A stretch of DNA of 64,000 nucleotides from Candidatus Zhuqueibacterota bacterium (GTDB lineage: Bacteria; Zhuqueibacterota; Zhuqueibacteria; Oceanimicrobiales; Oceanimicrobiaceae): positions 516 through 64,515 of the forward strand of contig JAJDAD010000035.1 of the NCBI GenBank assembly GCA_029262055.1, in the 5' to 3' direction. The position numbers and the translations under genes were made by a program. Shown one piece after another: positions 38,765 to 47,720 of this stretch. The notes under the pieces are model-generated. The model searched no databases, was not told the DNA's origin, and saw nothing but the letters and a program-made list of their open reading frames with translations. Within the stretch, counting starts at the first letter, position 1. The number at the start of each line of letters is the position of its first letter.

Positions 38765-40057
38765 CTACTTGAGCAGCAGCATTTTCTTGCTGTCTCTGAG
38801 TCCGTCGGATTGAATCTCATAAACGTAAAGTCCTGAGCTCAATATGTTGCCCGCGTCATCCCGGCCATCCCAAACAACGGTTTTGGCGCCTACTGTCTGG
38901 GGCTCATCGACCAACACTCTCACCCGCTCACCGACTATATTGTAGACAGACAACAGGACACGCGAGTTTGCCTGCAGTTCGTACCGGATGCTGGTGGTTG
39001 GGTTAAAAGGGTTGGGATAGTTTTGGCTTAGAGCGAATTCCGTCGGGAGGGCTCCGGCCGCATCACCAACGGAAGTAACAAACAACTCGTTTTTGAACAC
39101 GCCGCTAAGGGTTCCGGCGTAAAGAATATCTGTTGAAGAAATTGCAAGGGTAAAGATAGTGCTATCGGAAAGGCCAAGGCTAAACTCGTTCCAACTACTG
39201 CTCCCTTTAGGGAGTAGAAAAACGCCACTGCCAAATGATCCTGCAAACAAATCGCCATTGGAGTTTAGAGACAGTGCTCGCAGATCCAGGTTGCTCAAAC
39301 CATTATTTCCCGACTCCAGGGTTGTGCCGCCATCGGTAGAGCGAAATAGACCATCTGAACGTGTACTGACAAAAAGTTCGTTGTCAGCATCGATAACCAT
39401 AGCAGTCACCGTCAATGAATCTAAACCTTGGAACTGCCAGTTGTCGCCGTTATCTACTGAACGATATAAGCCGAATCTTCCGCCTGCATATAATACATCA
39501 TCTTCACTAATAGCCAGAGTAAGAATATCAAGGGTATTTGGTAGCAGGCCATTCACAAGTCGTTGCCAGGTTTGGCCATTATTAAGTGAGCGCTGTATGC
39601 CACCGCCGAAGCCAAGAGAAACTAAGCCGTGCACGCCGGCAAACACATGCCCCTGGTCATTGAACTCAAAGTCCCAAGCGACACCTTCAGATAGTTGCAG
39701 AGTCCACGTATCGCCATTGTTTCCGGATTTGAAAATGCCAGAACCATTAATAACACCAGCCCATAAGTTACCACTTCCATCCAGCGAAAGCGCCTCAACA
39801 CCTCCGTTCAGTTCGTTTGTAATTTCCTGCCAGGTTTCACCCAGATCGGAAGAGCGATAAACCTCTTTGACTCCGCTGTCTGAGAAGAAGGTGTCGTTGC
39901 TGCCAGCAAACACCAGTCCGTCTGAATTAACCGTGAGTGCGAAAATGTTCACTTCAGGACTATTCGTTTTTACCCAACTATTTGTTTGCCCAAAAGTCCT
40001 GTGACAAAAAATAACCTGCAGTGAAAAGATCAACAAAATGTACTTATTCATATTCAT
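38765..40057 (-). CDS. Secreted BNR/Asp-box beta-propeller protein with C-terminal sorting domain
   Basis: Repeated SxDxGxTW. ATG 40057 follows GAGGT. Confidence 0.88.
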   Translation of the reverse strand: MNMNKYILLIFSLQVIFCHRTFGQTNSWVKTNSPEVNIFALTVNSDGLVFAGSNDTFFSDSGVKEVYRSSDLGETWQEITNELNGGVEALSLDGSGNLWAGVINGSGIFKSGNNGDTWTLQLSEGVAWDFEFNDQGHVFAGVHGLVSLGFGGGIQRSLNNGQTWQRLVNGLLPNTLDILTLAISEDDVLYAGGRFGLYRSVDNGDNWQFQGLDSLTVTAMVIDADNELFVSTRSDGLFRSTDGGTTLESGNNGLSNLDLRALSLNSNGDLFAGSFGSGVFLLPKGSSSWNEFSLGLSDSTIFTLAISSTDILYAGTLSGVFKNELFVTSVGDAAGALPTEFALSQNYPNPFNPTTSIRYELQANSRVLLSVYNIVGERVRVLVDEPQTVGAKTVVWDGRDDAGNILSSGLYVYEIQSDGLRDSKKMLLLK

Positions 40058-40400
40058 AGGTATTACCTCTATCTTGAGAATACCATTGAATTCGATACCG
40101 GTCAATTAGCGAATTGATAGTATCACACTCATTGACAGCCCTATTTCAACAGCAGCATTTTCTTGCTGTCTCTGAGTCCCTCGGACCGAATCTCATAAAC
40201 GTAGAGTCCGGAGCTCAGTATATTGCCTGCGTCGTCACGGCCGCTCCAGACAACTGTTTTTGCGCCGGCTGTCTGGAGCTCGTCGACCAGCACTCTCACC
40301 CGCTCACCGATGGTATTGTAAACAGACAACAGGACACGTGAGTTTGTCCGTAGTTCATACCGGATGTTGGTGGTTGGGTTAAAAGGGTTGGGATAGTTTT
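40038..40400. repeat. Direct repeat copy 1: start of signal peptide, intergenic spacer and CTD-coding DNA
   Basis: Colinear with 41396-41745 at a 1344-bp offset over most of its length; identical TGAATTCGATACCGGTCAATTA at 40087 and 41431. Confidence 0.9.
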
Positions 40401-41409
40401 GCTGAAGTAAAAACCGTTCCGGTTGCGTACTCTCAGGGCTGAGGACTGAGGTGACGGTCGATTCCCGGCTGCGGTAGACACCCGTTTCAGTACCTGCATA
40501 GACAAAGCCATCCGGCCCTTCTGCGAGAGTCCACACATGTAAATCAGATAGCCCATTTATAACGGGTTGCCATGTGAGGCCGTCATCATCGGAACGTAAG
40601 ATACCGTCGTCAGAGGTTGCCAGAAAAAGACTGCCCTCGGAGTTTTGCAAAAGGTCACGCACAAAAACTGTGTCTATACCAACCGAAACGGGTTGAAAAG
40701 TTCCGCCACCGTCCATCGAGTTGAAAAGAGTGGTTCGCGTGCCAGCCCAAATACCTCCTGTAGTTGAGACAAGGACTGCAGGCACCCTACCGTCAAGGTC
40801 TGTCGGCAACCAGCTATTGCCCCCGTTATTCGATGTAAACAAACCGAGGTTGGTGCCTGCGTAAAGGTTGTCCTCTACATCCAGAGAAATTGAAAAGGCA
40901 TCGACCAGATCGTCCCCAAAGTCGAGGTCTATCCGTTGCCAACTTGCGCCGAAATCTGTGGACCGCAGCAGGTTGGGACTCCCATGACCTCCAAGGAAAA
41001 TATGTCCCTGACTGTTAAACACAATATCCCAAACCGCCGCCGGTATGTCACTTCGCGGAATACCTGCCGAGGTCCAGGTGTCGCCATTATTCTCAGAAAG
41101 AAACAATCCCCTTGCCACCGTGCCTGTCCAAATTGTTCCGCGTGTGTCAAATGCAATACTTCTTATGCCGATTCCCCCAATACCTGTGGTTTTCTCCTGC
41201 CAGGTATTGCCGCCATCCACGGAACGCAGCAAAATATCCCTCTCGCCTGGATTATTGTTGGAACTGCCTGCAAATATGGTCATGTCTGGTTTGACACATA
41301 AAGCGAAGATAGCGTCCTCCGGGCTGTTGGTTCTAACCCAGAAATCAGTTTGTGCTTGCAGAGGTGTAAATACAGAAAGGATTGAGAGCATCAAGATGTA
41401 CTTATTCAT
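40141..41409 (-). CDS. Secreted BNR/Asp-box beta-propeller protein with C-terminal sorting domain; paralog of 38765-40057
   Basis: Repeated SxDxGxTW; N-terminus MNKYIL...QT..WV.TNSPE..IFAL is shared with the neighbour. ATG 41409 follows GGAGGT. Confidence 0.88.
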   Translation of the reverse strand: MNKYILMLSILSVFTPLQAQTDFWVRTNSPEDAIFALCVKPDMTIFAGSSNNNPGERDILLRSVDGGNTWQEKTTGIGGIGIRSIAFDTRGTIWTGTVARGLFLSENNGDTWTSAGIPRSDIPAAVWDIVFNSQGHIFLGGHGSPNLLRSTDFGASWQRIDLDFGDDLVDAFSISLDVEDNLYAGTNLGLFTSNNGGNSWLPTDLDGRVPAVLVSTTGGIWAGTRTTLFNSMDGGGTFQPVSVGIDTVFVRDLLQNSEGSLFLATSDDGILRSDDDGLTWQPVINGLSDLHVWTLAEGPDGFVYAGTETGVYRSRESTVTSVLSPESTQPERFLLQQNYPNPFNPTTNIRYELRTNSRVLLSVYNTIGERVRVLVDELQTAGAKTVVWSGRDDAGNILSSGLYVYEIRSEGLRDSKKMLLLK

Positions 41410-41745
41410 AGGTATTACCTCCATTTCTAATGAATTCGATACCGGTCAATTAACGAATTCATAGTTTGAACCTCATTGCCAGTCCTATTTCAAAAACAGC
41501 ATCTTCTTGCTTGCACTGCGCCCTTCGATTTGAACCCGATATACATAAATCCCCGAGCTTTGCATTTTTTCCGCGTCGTCACGGCCGTTCCACACAACCA
41601 TTTTTGCGCCAGCTGTCTGGAGTTCGTCGACCAGCACTCTCACCCGCTCACCGACGGTATTGTAAACAGACAACAGGACACGTGAGTTTGCCCGTAGTTC
41701 GTACCGGATGTTTGTGGTTGGATTAAAGGGGTTGGGATAGTTCTG
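41396..41745. repeat. Direct repeat copy 2
   Basis: See copy 1. More diverged CTD-coding copies lie at 38765-39030 and 35282-35545. Confidence 0.9.
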
Positions 41746-42684
41746 TTCCAGCACGAAGTCGATTGGAATTTCACCTGAGCTTTCATCCACGCTGGTCGGG
41801 TTGCCGAGGGTGATTTCACGGAGTACGCTCGGGTGAAACGTGTTGCTGGTGGCGACAACATCGTTGACGTAAAGTTTAGTCCCATCCGGACTAACACCGA
41901 TACTGTTGGGAAACGAAAATGTCGCCTGCAGGGCCGGCCCGTCATCATTGCCGCGTACATTCGGCTGTCCCGCAAAAAGTTCAGGCTGATTGTTACCGTC
42001 CACAGGGATGCGATAGATCGCATGTGCGGCTCTCACCGTCACATAAATGAAGCCATCATTAAATGCGAGATTGACGCTATTGTTGCCCGGCACAGTGGCA
42101 AAAGCAGTAAACACGCCTTCGGACGAAACACGATTAACCCGGCCATCATTGAAATTTGAGACGTAGAGATTACCTTGATCATCGAAAGTCAACCCATTGG
42201 CGCAGTTTATAAGACTGCTGGTTGGAAATGCGGAGCTCTCGCCTTCCGGCGTGATTCGGATGATGGTGTTGCGACTGCAGCTCGCGACAAAGAGGTTATC
42301 ATCGTTATCAACCGCGATGGCAACAGGACTATTCAAGTCCACAAAAAAAGTCGCGTTGCCATTCTCGTCGATTCTGTCAACACGGTTAGCGCCGAAGCTC
42401 GACCAAAACAGGTTGCCGCGTGAATCAAAACCGCCCCCGGTGCCGCCCAGCAATCCGGTTGAAAAGGTGCTTACATTTCCGTCTGGTGTGATCTTGAACA
42501 GGTTGGTACCAGGTGTTGAGAAGTTTGGCCCAAAATCAGCGACAAAGATATTTCCCTCCGCATCGACTTTGATCCCGCCGCTGGCGGAGAAGCCGCCCGT
42601 CAGCGTGGCTACTGTCTGAGCCTCCACTGGCCTGGCACTGCAGACCCAAAACACCAACATGATGACCGCTGTTTGCCTAACCAT
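41485..42684 (-). CDS. Secreted NHL/SMP-30-like beta-propeller protein with C-terminal sorting domain
   Basis: Repeated D..GNLYVS motifs, DGPALQATFSFPNSI, then the CTD. Confidence 0.85.
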   Translation of the reverse strand: MVRQTAVIMLVFWVCSARPVEAQTVATLTGGFSASGGIKVDAEGNIFVADFGPNFSTPGTNLFKITPDGNVSTFSTGLLGGTGGGFDSRGNLFWSSFGANRVDRIDENGNATFFVDLNSPVAIAVDNDDNLFVASCSRNTIIRITPEGESSAFPTSSLINCANGLTFDDQGNLYVSNFNDGRVNRVSSEGVFTAFATVPGNNSVNLAFNDGFIYVTVRAAHAIYRIPVDGNNQPELFAGQPNVRGNDDGPALQATFSFPNSIGVSPDGTKLYVNDVVATSNTFHPSVLREITLGNPTSVDESSGEIPIDFVLEQNYPNPFNPTTNIRYELRANSRVLLSVYNTVGERVRVLVDELQTAGAKMVVWNGRDDAEKMQSSGIYVYRVQIEGRSASKKMLFLK

Positions 42685-42755
42685 ATTCCTTTGCCTCCGT
42701 GAGCTTTTGCGATATTAGAAGTTTCTCAATATTTCCTATGTAATACTGTGGTAGA

Positions 42756-42820
42756 AATATAGCAGTCTGAGGCCATAATTGTCTAAGACGGAAGCGACAA
42801 CCTTTAGCACAAACGCGACA
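42756..42820 (-). promoter_or_regulatory. Candidate promoter with an adjacent direct-repeat activator site
   Basis: Minus strand TGTCGC-N15-TGTCGC (42820-42794), then TAGACA-N18-TATATT (42785-42756). Confidence 0.5.
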
Positions 42821-42918
42821 TTTACAATCTGCGAAAACCGCGCACTGGAGAGTAGAATTACTGATGGAAGAAAAACAGATAACTGACGAGAAGACTCTAT
42901 TAGTGATAAGGAAGGGGA

Positions 42919-45900
42919 CTAGGTGTTGTTCAGCTCCGAAGGCAGGAAGCCGAACTCTTCTCTGAAGCATCTGGAAAAATATGACAGACTGCTAAATCCA
43001 ACCTGAAATGCTACCTCTGAAACTGAGCCTGTTCCATTCTGCAGGAACTGTCGTGCATATTGTAGCCGCAGGGAGCGGATAAACTGGTTGGGTGATTGCC
43101 CGGTCAGGGCACGAATCTTTCGCTGTAGCTGCCGCAAACTCAAACCGGTGTCTGCTGCAAGTGCGTTTGCGGTGAACTCTTCTTTCTGATGTTTTTCATG
43201 CACGACTGCTCGTAATCTTTGTAAAAATATTTCCTCACTCGACAGAGATGAATTTGCATTCGGTTCAAGCAGCAGTTGCTTTCGATAATGTTTCTGCAGC
43301 CTTTGGCGCTGAGTCAGCAGGTTTTGCAGACGTGCGTCCAACTCAACCATTTTGAACGGTTTTGTCAGGTAATCATCTGCACCCAGGTTGTAGCCGGACA
43401 CTCTATCCCGGCTTTCAGCTCTGGCGGTCAGCAGGATAAGAGGAATGTGTGAAGTCGTACATTTGCTCTTCAGCACCTGGCAAAGCTCGAAGCCGTCCAT
43501 TTGTGGCATCGCGACATCGCTGATGATGATGTCGGGAATCCGTTCCTGCGCCAGCTTGAGTCCTTGTGCTCCATCAGCGGCGGCTATGATCGCATAGCGA
43601 ACCTGCAGGCTGTCCCGGATGAAATCACGAACTTCGCTGGCATCTTCAATAACGAGCAAAAGGGGTTGGTCTGAAGTGTTTCTTGCCTTCCCGGCGCCGT
43701 TCTTGATCGCCGATTCCGCAGCTTTTACTACAACGCCTAGACCGTCCCTGTTTGATTCCACTATCTTTTTCGGTTCGTGATTTGTCGGGAAAAGGGGCAG
43801 GACGACACGGAAGACCGATCCTGTGCCAACCTTGGTTCGTATCGAGATGCTGCCGTTATGCAGTTCTACAAGTTCCTTGACAAGGGACAGGCCAATTCCG
43901 GCGCCACTCCTATTCGATTCGGTCGGGTCCACGCGATAAAATCGCTCGAAGATCTCGGTTTTACCGGTGTCCGGAATCCCCTTGCCTGTATCGGCCACTG
44001 TTATCGCAATTCTATCTAATCTGCTACCTTTTTCGCCACTCGCAGACGCTACTCGGAGGACAATTCTGTCACCAGGTTTGGTAAATTTGAATGCGTTGGA
44101 AAGCAAATTAGAAACAACTTTTTCCAGCTTGTCACGGTCAACCATGTAATTCAAAAAATGGCAACGCGGTTCGAATACGAGGCGCACGCCTTTCGTTTCG
44201 GTCAATGGGCTAAATGACAAGCAGATATCCTTGAGAAAGGAAACCAACTCCGTCGGTTCAAGCCCCAATTCCATATTGCCAGATTCCAGTTTCGCAAGGT
44301 CGAGGAGTTGCGTAATCAGACTCAAGAGCCGGTGGGCATTACGCTGCACACCGGCAAATACTTGTTTGGTTTCAGGATTGTGACCGTTGTTGAGCAGGCG
44401 CTCCATGGGCCCCAGGATAAGCGTCAGCGGCGTGCGAAATTCGTGCGAAATGTTTACAAAAAAACGAGACTTAAGGCGATTGATTTCAGATAGTTTTCGT
44501 GCCTGTTTTTCAACCGTTTTCCTGGCATTTTCAGCCAAGTGCTTTTGCTTTTCAAGCTGAACTGTCTTTTCCCGCAGAGCGGCTGTACGCTGGGCGACCA
44601 GTTGTTCGAGCTCTGCGCTTCGCTGGCCCAGGCGTGAAACACGTCGGCGGTCCGCAGCTATTGTAGCACACAATAGCAGAAGCAGCGCTGACCCAATGAA
44701 AAGTTTCGTTTGCCACCAGGGCGGGTGGATTTTGATGTTCATGGCAGCGCCGATTTCGTTCCAGACACCGTCGCTATTCGCCCCTTTCACCCTCAGCACA
44801 TAATCGCCGGCTGGCAAATGGACATAACTTGCAAATCGTCTCTGGCCGCAAAAAATCCAATCGTTGTCTAAACCTTCGAGCTTGTAACTGAACTCATTTC
44901 TTCCTGGATTGGTGTAATCCAGAGCAGCGAATTCAAAGGATATCAGGTTTTCGTCATGGTTCATTTCAATCGCTTTCGGTTCACCAGAATACGGGAGCGC
45001 AACTGGTTCATTGAGTTTTCTAAAAGCGGTGATCACTACCTTCGGCGCGTGGGGGTTGACGCGAATCGCCTCCGGATGAAAAACGTTGAAGCCGTTGACC
45101 CCGCCAAAATACATTGTTCCTGATCTCGATTTCAAAAAGGCGCCCGTGTTGAATTCGTTGCTTTGCAAACCGTCATCCATATCGTAATTCTTGAATGTCC
45201 GTTGTTGCGGATCAAAACAAGATAATCCCCTATTTGTGCTCAACCACAGGTTGCCTACGCCGTCGGGCACAATGGCATACACAACGTTGTTAGGCAAACC
45301 GTCCGTGTCGGTGAATCTGATAAAGTCGTTTTCTTCAGGGACAAACTTGTTCAAGCCGCCGCCATAGGTGGCCACCCAGAGATTCTTCGAGTCGTCCTCA
45401 TAAAGAGCGGAAACGCAATTGTGACTCAAGCTATTGGGGTTGCGAGGCTCGTTTTGAAAAACGCTGAATCGCCCGCTTTTTGGATCAAAACAGTTTAGTC
45501 CTGCGTTCTCTGTCCCAAGCCAAAACTTGCCGGCACTGTCTTCCAAAATGGTACGCACGAGATTGCTGCTGATGCTATAGCTGTCCCCGGGGTCATGTGT
45601 ATACCTGGTGAAGGAATCACTTTCCTCATCATACCTGTTCAAACCCCCGCCGAATGTTGCCAACCACAACGTGCCCGCGCGATCCCGGTAGGTTGCCCGA
45701 AACCTGTTGGCCCCAACCGAACCCGGATTGTCTGGTTCGAAGAAGTAATTTCTATAACTCAACTTCCCTTTGCGTGCACCTGACTCATGCTCCTGAGGAA
45801 CGTTCACTCTAAACAGGCCATTGCGCTCAGTACCAATCCAAATATCCCCCTGGAGATCCTGCCCGATCGCCAGGATAAGGCGTTTGCCGATCGCCGCGAA

Positions 45901-47106
45901 CAACTCGGCATATCTGTGGTCAGACAGAATCTGGCCAAGCATGGGATCAAAAAGGACTAAGCCCCTCCAAGTCCCGACCCAAATAAGGCCATCGCGGTCC
46001 TCATGAAATGCATAAACCAGGTTGGCTTTGGTGCTGGAACTTTGCGGGATAGTGTAATGTGAGAAGTTTCGTTGCGTTAACTTATTCATTCCGCCCAAAA
46101 TAGTGCCGGCCCAAATCACGTCGGAACGGTCCACATACAAGGAGAAGACCGAGTTCGCGCTCAAGCTGCTCGGGTTGGCCTGGTCGTTGTAAAAAGTCTC
46201 GAGCCGATCTCGTTCTATATCATAGTTGCTGAGGCCGCCATCTGTGCCTATCCAGAGCTTCCCAAGCCCATCCAACGCCAAGGCGTTGATAGTGTTGGCG
46301 GGCAGGTCTGTTTCACCTGCGGCGGAGTTAGCAAAAAAGTGGCGCCTAAATTGCTTTCCGTCCCGATCGAGTTTGTACAGTCCGTGGCCAACCGTGGCGA
46401 GCCACAGGTCGTCGTTGTCATCCTCGATGATATCTGTAACTGTCCTGTTCGGCAATCCGTGCTTCGAACGATTGACGGCTGGATCCAGGAACTTTCTAAC
46501 CTTCTGCCTGTCAGGAGTGATTTTGAATAGGCCGTGGGCAAGCGTACCAACCCACAAATTGTCCTGCCCATCCTCGAACAGCGCCGTTATAGATGCCTCC
46601 GATGGGAAAGTCGGGTGCGCTGCGAAATGCGTGAACGAATCGCTGTTTGCGGATAGAAAAGAAAGACCGTCACCTGTTCCAACCCAAATAGTTCCAGCGC
46701 GGTCCTGGTGTATGGCTGTGACGTTGTTGACAAGACGCGACCCTGGCCCCAAGACTGAGCCATAACGCACAAAGGTTTCTGTCTCCCGGACAAATTTATT
46801 AAGGCCAAAGCGGGTGCCTACCCACAAATTATACTGGTTATCCTCAAAGAGTGCGCCTATGTAGTCGTTTGACAGAGTGGCCGGGTTATTGGGATTATGA
46901 GTGAAAACTTGAAACTCATAGCCGTCATAACGGTTCAGTCCATTGGCGGTTCCGAACCAGAGGTAGCCCGCGTTATCCTGTAAGGTTACAAAGACAGAGC
47001 TTTGCGACAAACCGTCAGCCAATGAGATCTTATCAATTTGATATTCCTGTCCAAAGGCTGGGCAGCTCAGTGCAAGGAGCACGCAGGCTGATAACAAACG
47101 TTTCAC
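42919..47106 (-). CDS. Hybrid two-component system: beta-propeller sensor, Y_Y_Y, HisKA, HATPase, receiver and AraC HTH
   Basis: Reg_prop-type repeats, ISHEFRTPL, NLLSNAFKFT, GIGLSLV, ISDVAMP, VGFSSLSYFSRCF. Confidence 0.95.
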   Translation of the reverse strand: MKRLLSACVLLALSCPAFGQEYQIDKISLADGLSQSSVFVTLQDNAGYLWFGTANGLNRYDGYEFQVFTHNPNNPATLSNDYIGALFEDNQYNLWVGTRFGLNKFVRETETFVRYGSVLGPGSRLVNNVTAIHQDRAGTIWVGTGDGLSFLSANSDSFTHFAAHPTFPSEASITALFEDGQDNLWVGTLAHGLFKITPDRQKVRKFLDPAVNRSKHGLPNRTVTDIIEDDNDDLWLATVGHGLYKLDRDGKQFRRHFFANSAAGETDLPANTINALALDGLGKLWIGTDGGLSNYDIERDRLETFYNDQANPSSLSANSVFSLYVDRSDVIWAGTILGGMNKLTQRNFSHYTIPQSSSTKANLVYAFHEDRDGLIWVGTWRGLVLFDPMLGQILSDHRYAELFAAIGKRLILAIGQDLQGDIWIGTERNGLFRVNVPQEHESGARKGKLSYRNYFFEPDNPGSVGANRFRATYRDRAGTLWLATFGGGLNRYDEESDSFTRYTHDPGDSYSISSNLVRTILEDSAGKFWLGTENAGLNCFDPKSGRFSVFQNEPRNPNSLSHNCVSALYEDDSKNLWVATYGGGLNKFVPEENDFIRFTDTDGLPNNVVYAIVPDGVGNLWLSTNRGLSCFDPQQRTFKNYDMDDGLQSNEFNTGAFLKSRSGTMYFGGVNGFNVFHPEAIRVNPHAPKVVITAFRKLNEPVALPYSGEPKAIEMNHDENLISFEFAALDYTNPGRNEFSYKLEGLDNDWIFCGQRRFASYVHLPAGDYVLRVKGANSDGVWNEIGAAMNIKIHPPWWQTKLFIGSALLLLLCATIAADRRRVSRLGQRSAELEQLVAQRTAALREKTVQLEKQKHLAENARKTVEKQARKLSEINRLKSRFFVNISHEFRTPLTLILGPMERLLNNGHNPETKQVFAGVQRNAHRLLSLITQLLDLAKLESGNMELGLEPTELVSFLKDICLSFSPLTETKGVRLVFEPRCHFLNYMVDRDKLEKVVSNLLSNAFKFTKPGDRIVLRVASASGEKGSRLDRIAITVADTGKGIPDTGKTEIFERFYRVDPTESNRSGAGIGLSLVKELVELHNGSISIRTKVGTGSVFRVVLPLFPTNHEPKKIVESNRDGLGVVVKAAESAIKNGAGKARNTSDQPLLLVIEDASEVRDFIRDSLQVRYAIIAAADGAQGLKLAQERIPDIIISDVAMPQMDGFELCQVLKSKCTTSHIPLILLTARAESRDRVSGYNLGADDYLTKPFKMVELDARLQNLLTQRQRLQKHYRKQLLLEPNANSSLSSEEIFLQRLRAVVHEKHQKEEFTANALAADTGLSLRQLQRKIRALTGQSPNQFIRSLRLQYARQFLQNGTGSVSEVAFQVGFSSLSYFSRCFREEFGFLPSELNNT

Positions 47107-47239
47107 GGCTTGACTTCCAAATTGAGAAGAGATTCATAGTACAAACAACTAACCAGCCTGTCTTATTCCAAAATAAGTGTAGATTAGGCCTGTAAGTCAA
47201 TGTAAATCAAGCTTCCTTCTCCCGGCTAGATACTGAACA

Positions 47240-47434
47240 GTACCATCAGCTCTGTCGGGAAAGAGCATGGATGCCCGGACGACTAACATCGACGGTGATG
47301 GAGATTTGGAGCTGGTAATTGCTTACGAGTTCTGCTGTGATCATCCAATCACGCCCTACGCTCTATCCTCTAGTTCACTCCATGACCCAAATCGTAGAAG
47401 TACTTCTTTAACAATGTCACTTCCTTCATCCTGA
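47240..47434 (+). pseudogene. Remnant of an FG-GAP/VCBS repeat gene
   Basis: Translates to SALSGKSMDARTTNIDGDGDLELVIAYEF, then loses similarity; TGA at 47432-47434. Confidence 0.6.
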
Positions 47435-47720
47435 CCAACGAGCATCAGACGTGGTTCGGCGCACTTTCTACGACACCAGCCGCATACGCGTAATAATTCT
47501 CCAGGCTCCCACTATTTATAGAATAGCTAGTCATACCCCGGGCCTGAGCAGGAGTTTCTGCACGACCTTAATCAGGGTTGCATTTTTTATTTCTGTTTTG
47601 TAATCTGAAGAGGCCAAATCGGACCAACCGGCCCGTACTACCCTCAAACGAATGCCACTTTGCCAGGGAGTCTGCCATTCCGGGAATCGATTCTGATCAT
47701 AACGAGCACAGGAATAGAAC

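Noticed and set aside
37334-40057. TAG readthrough fusing the propeller gene to the hydrolase
   Set aside because: They are in frame, but the sorting domain needs to be C-terminal and the downstream gene has its own SD and signal peptide.
35282-42684. Integron, CRISPR or diversity-generating retroelement as the source of the repeats
   Set aside because: No integrase, cas or reverse transcriptase gene, no attC-like sites and no regular spacers; differences between copies are not adenine-specific.
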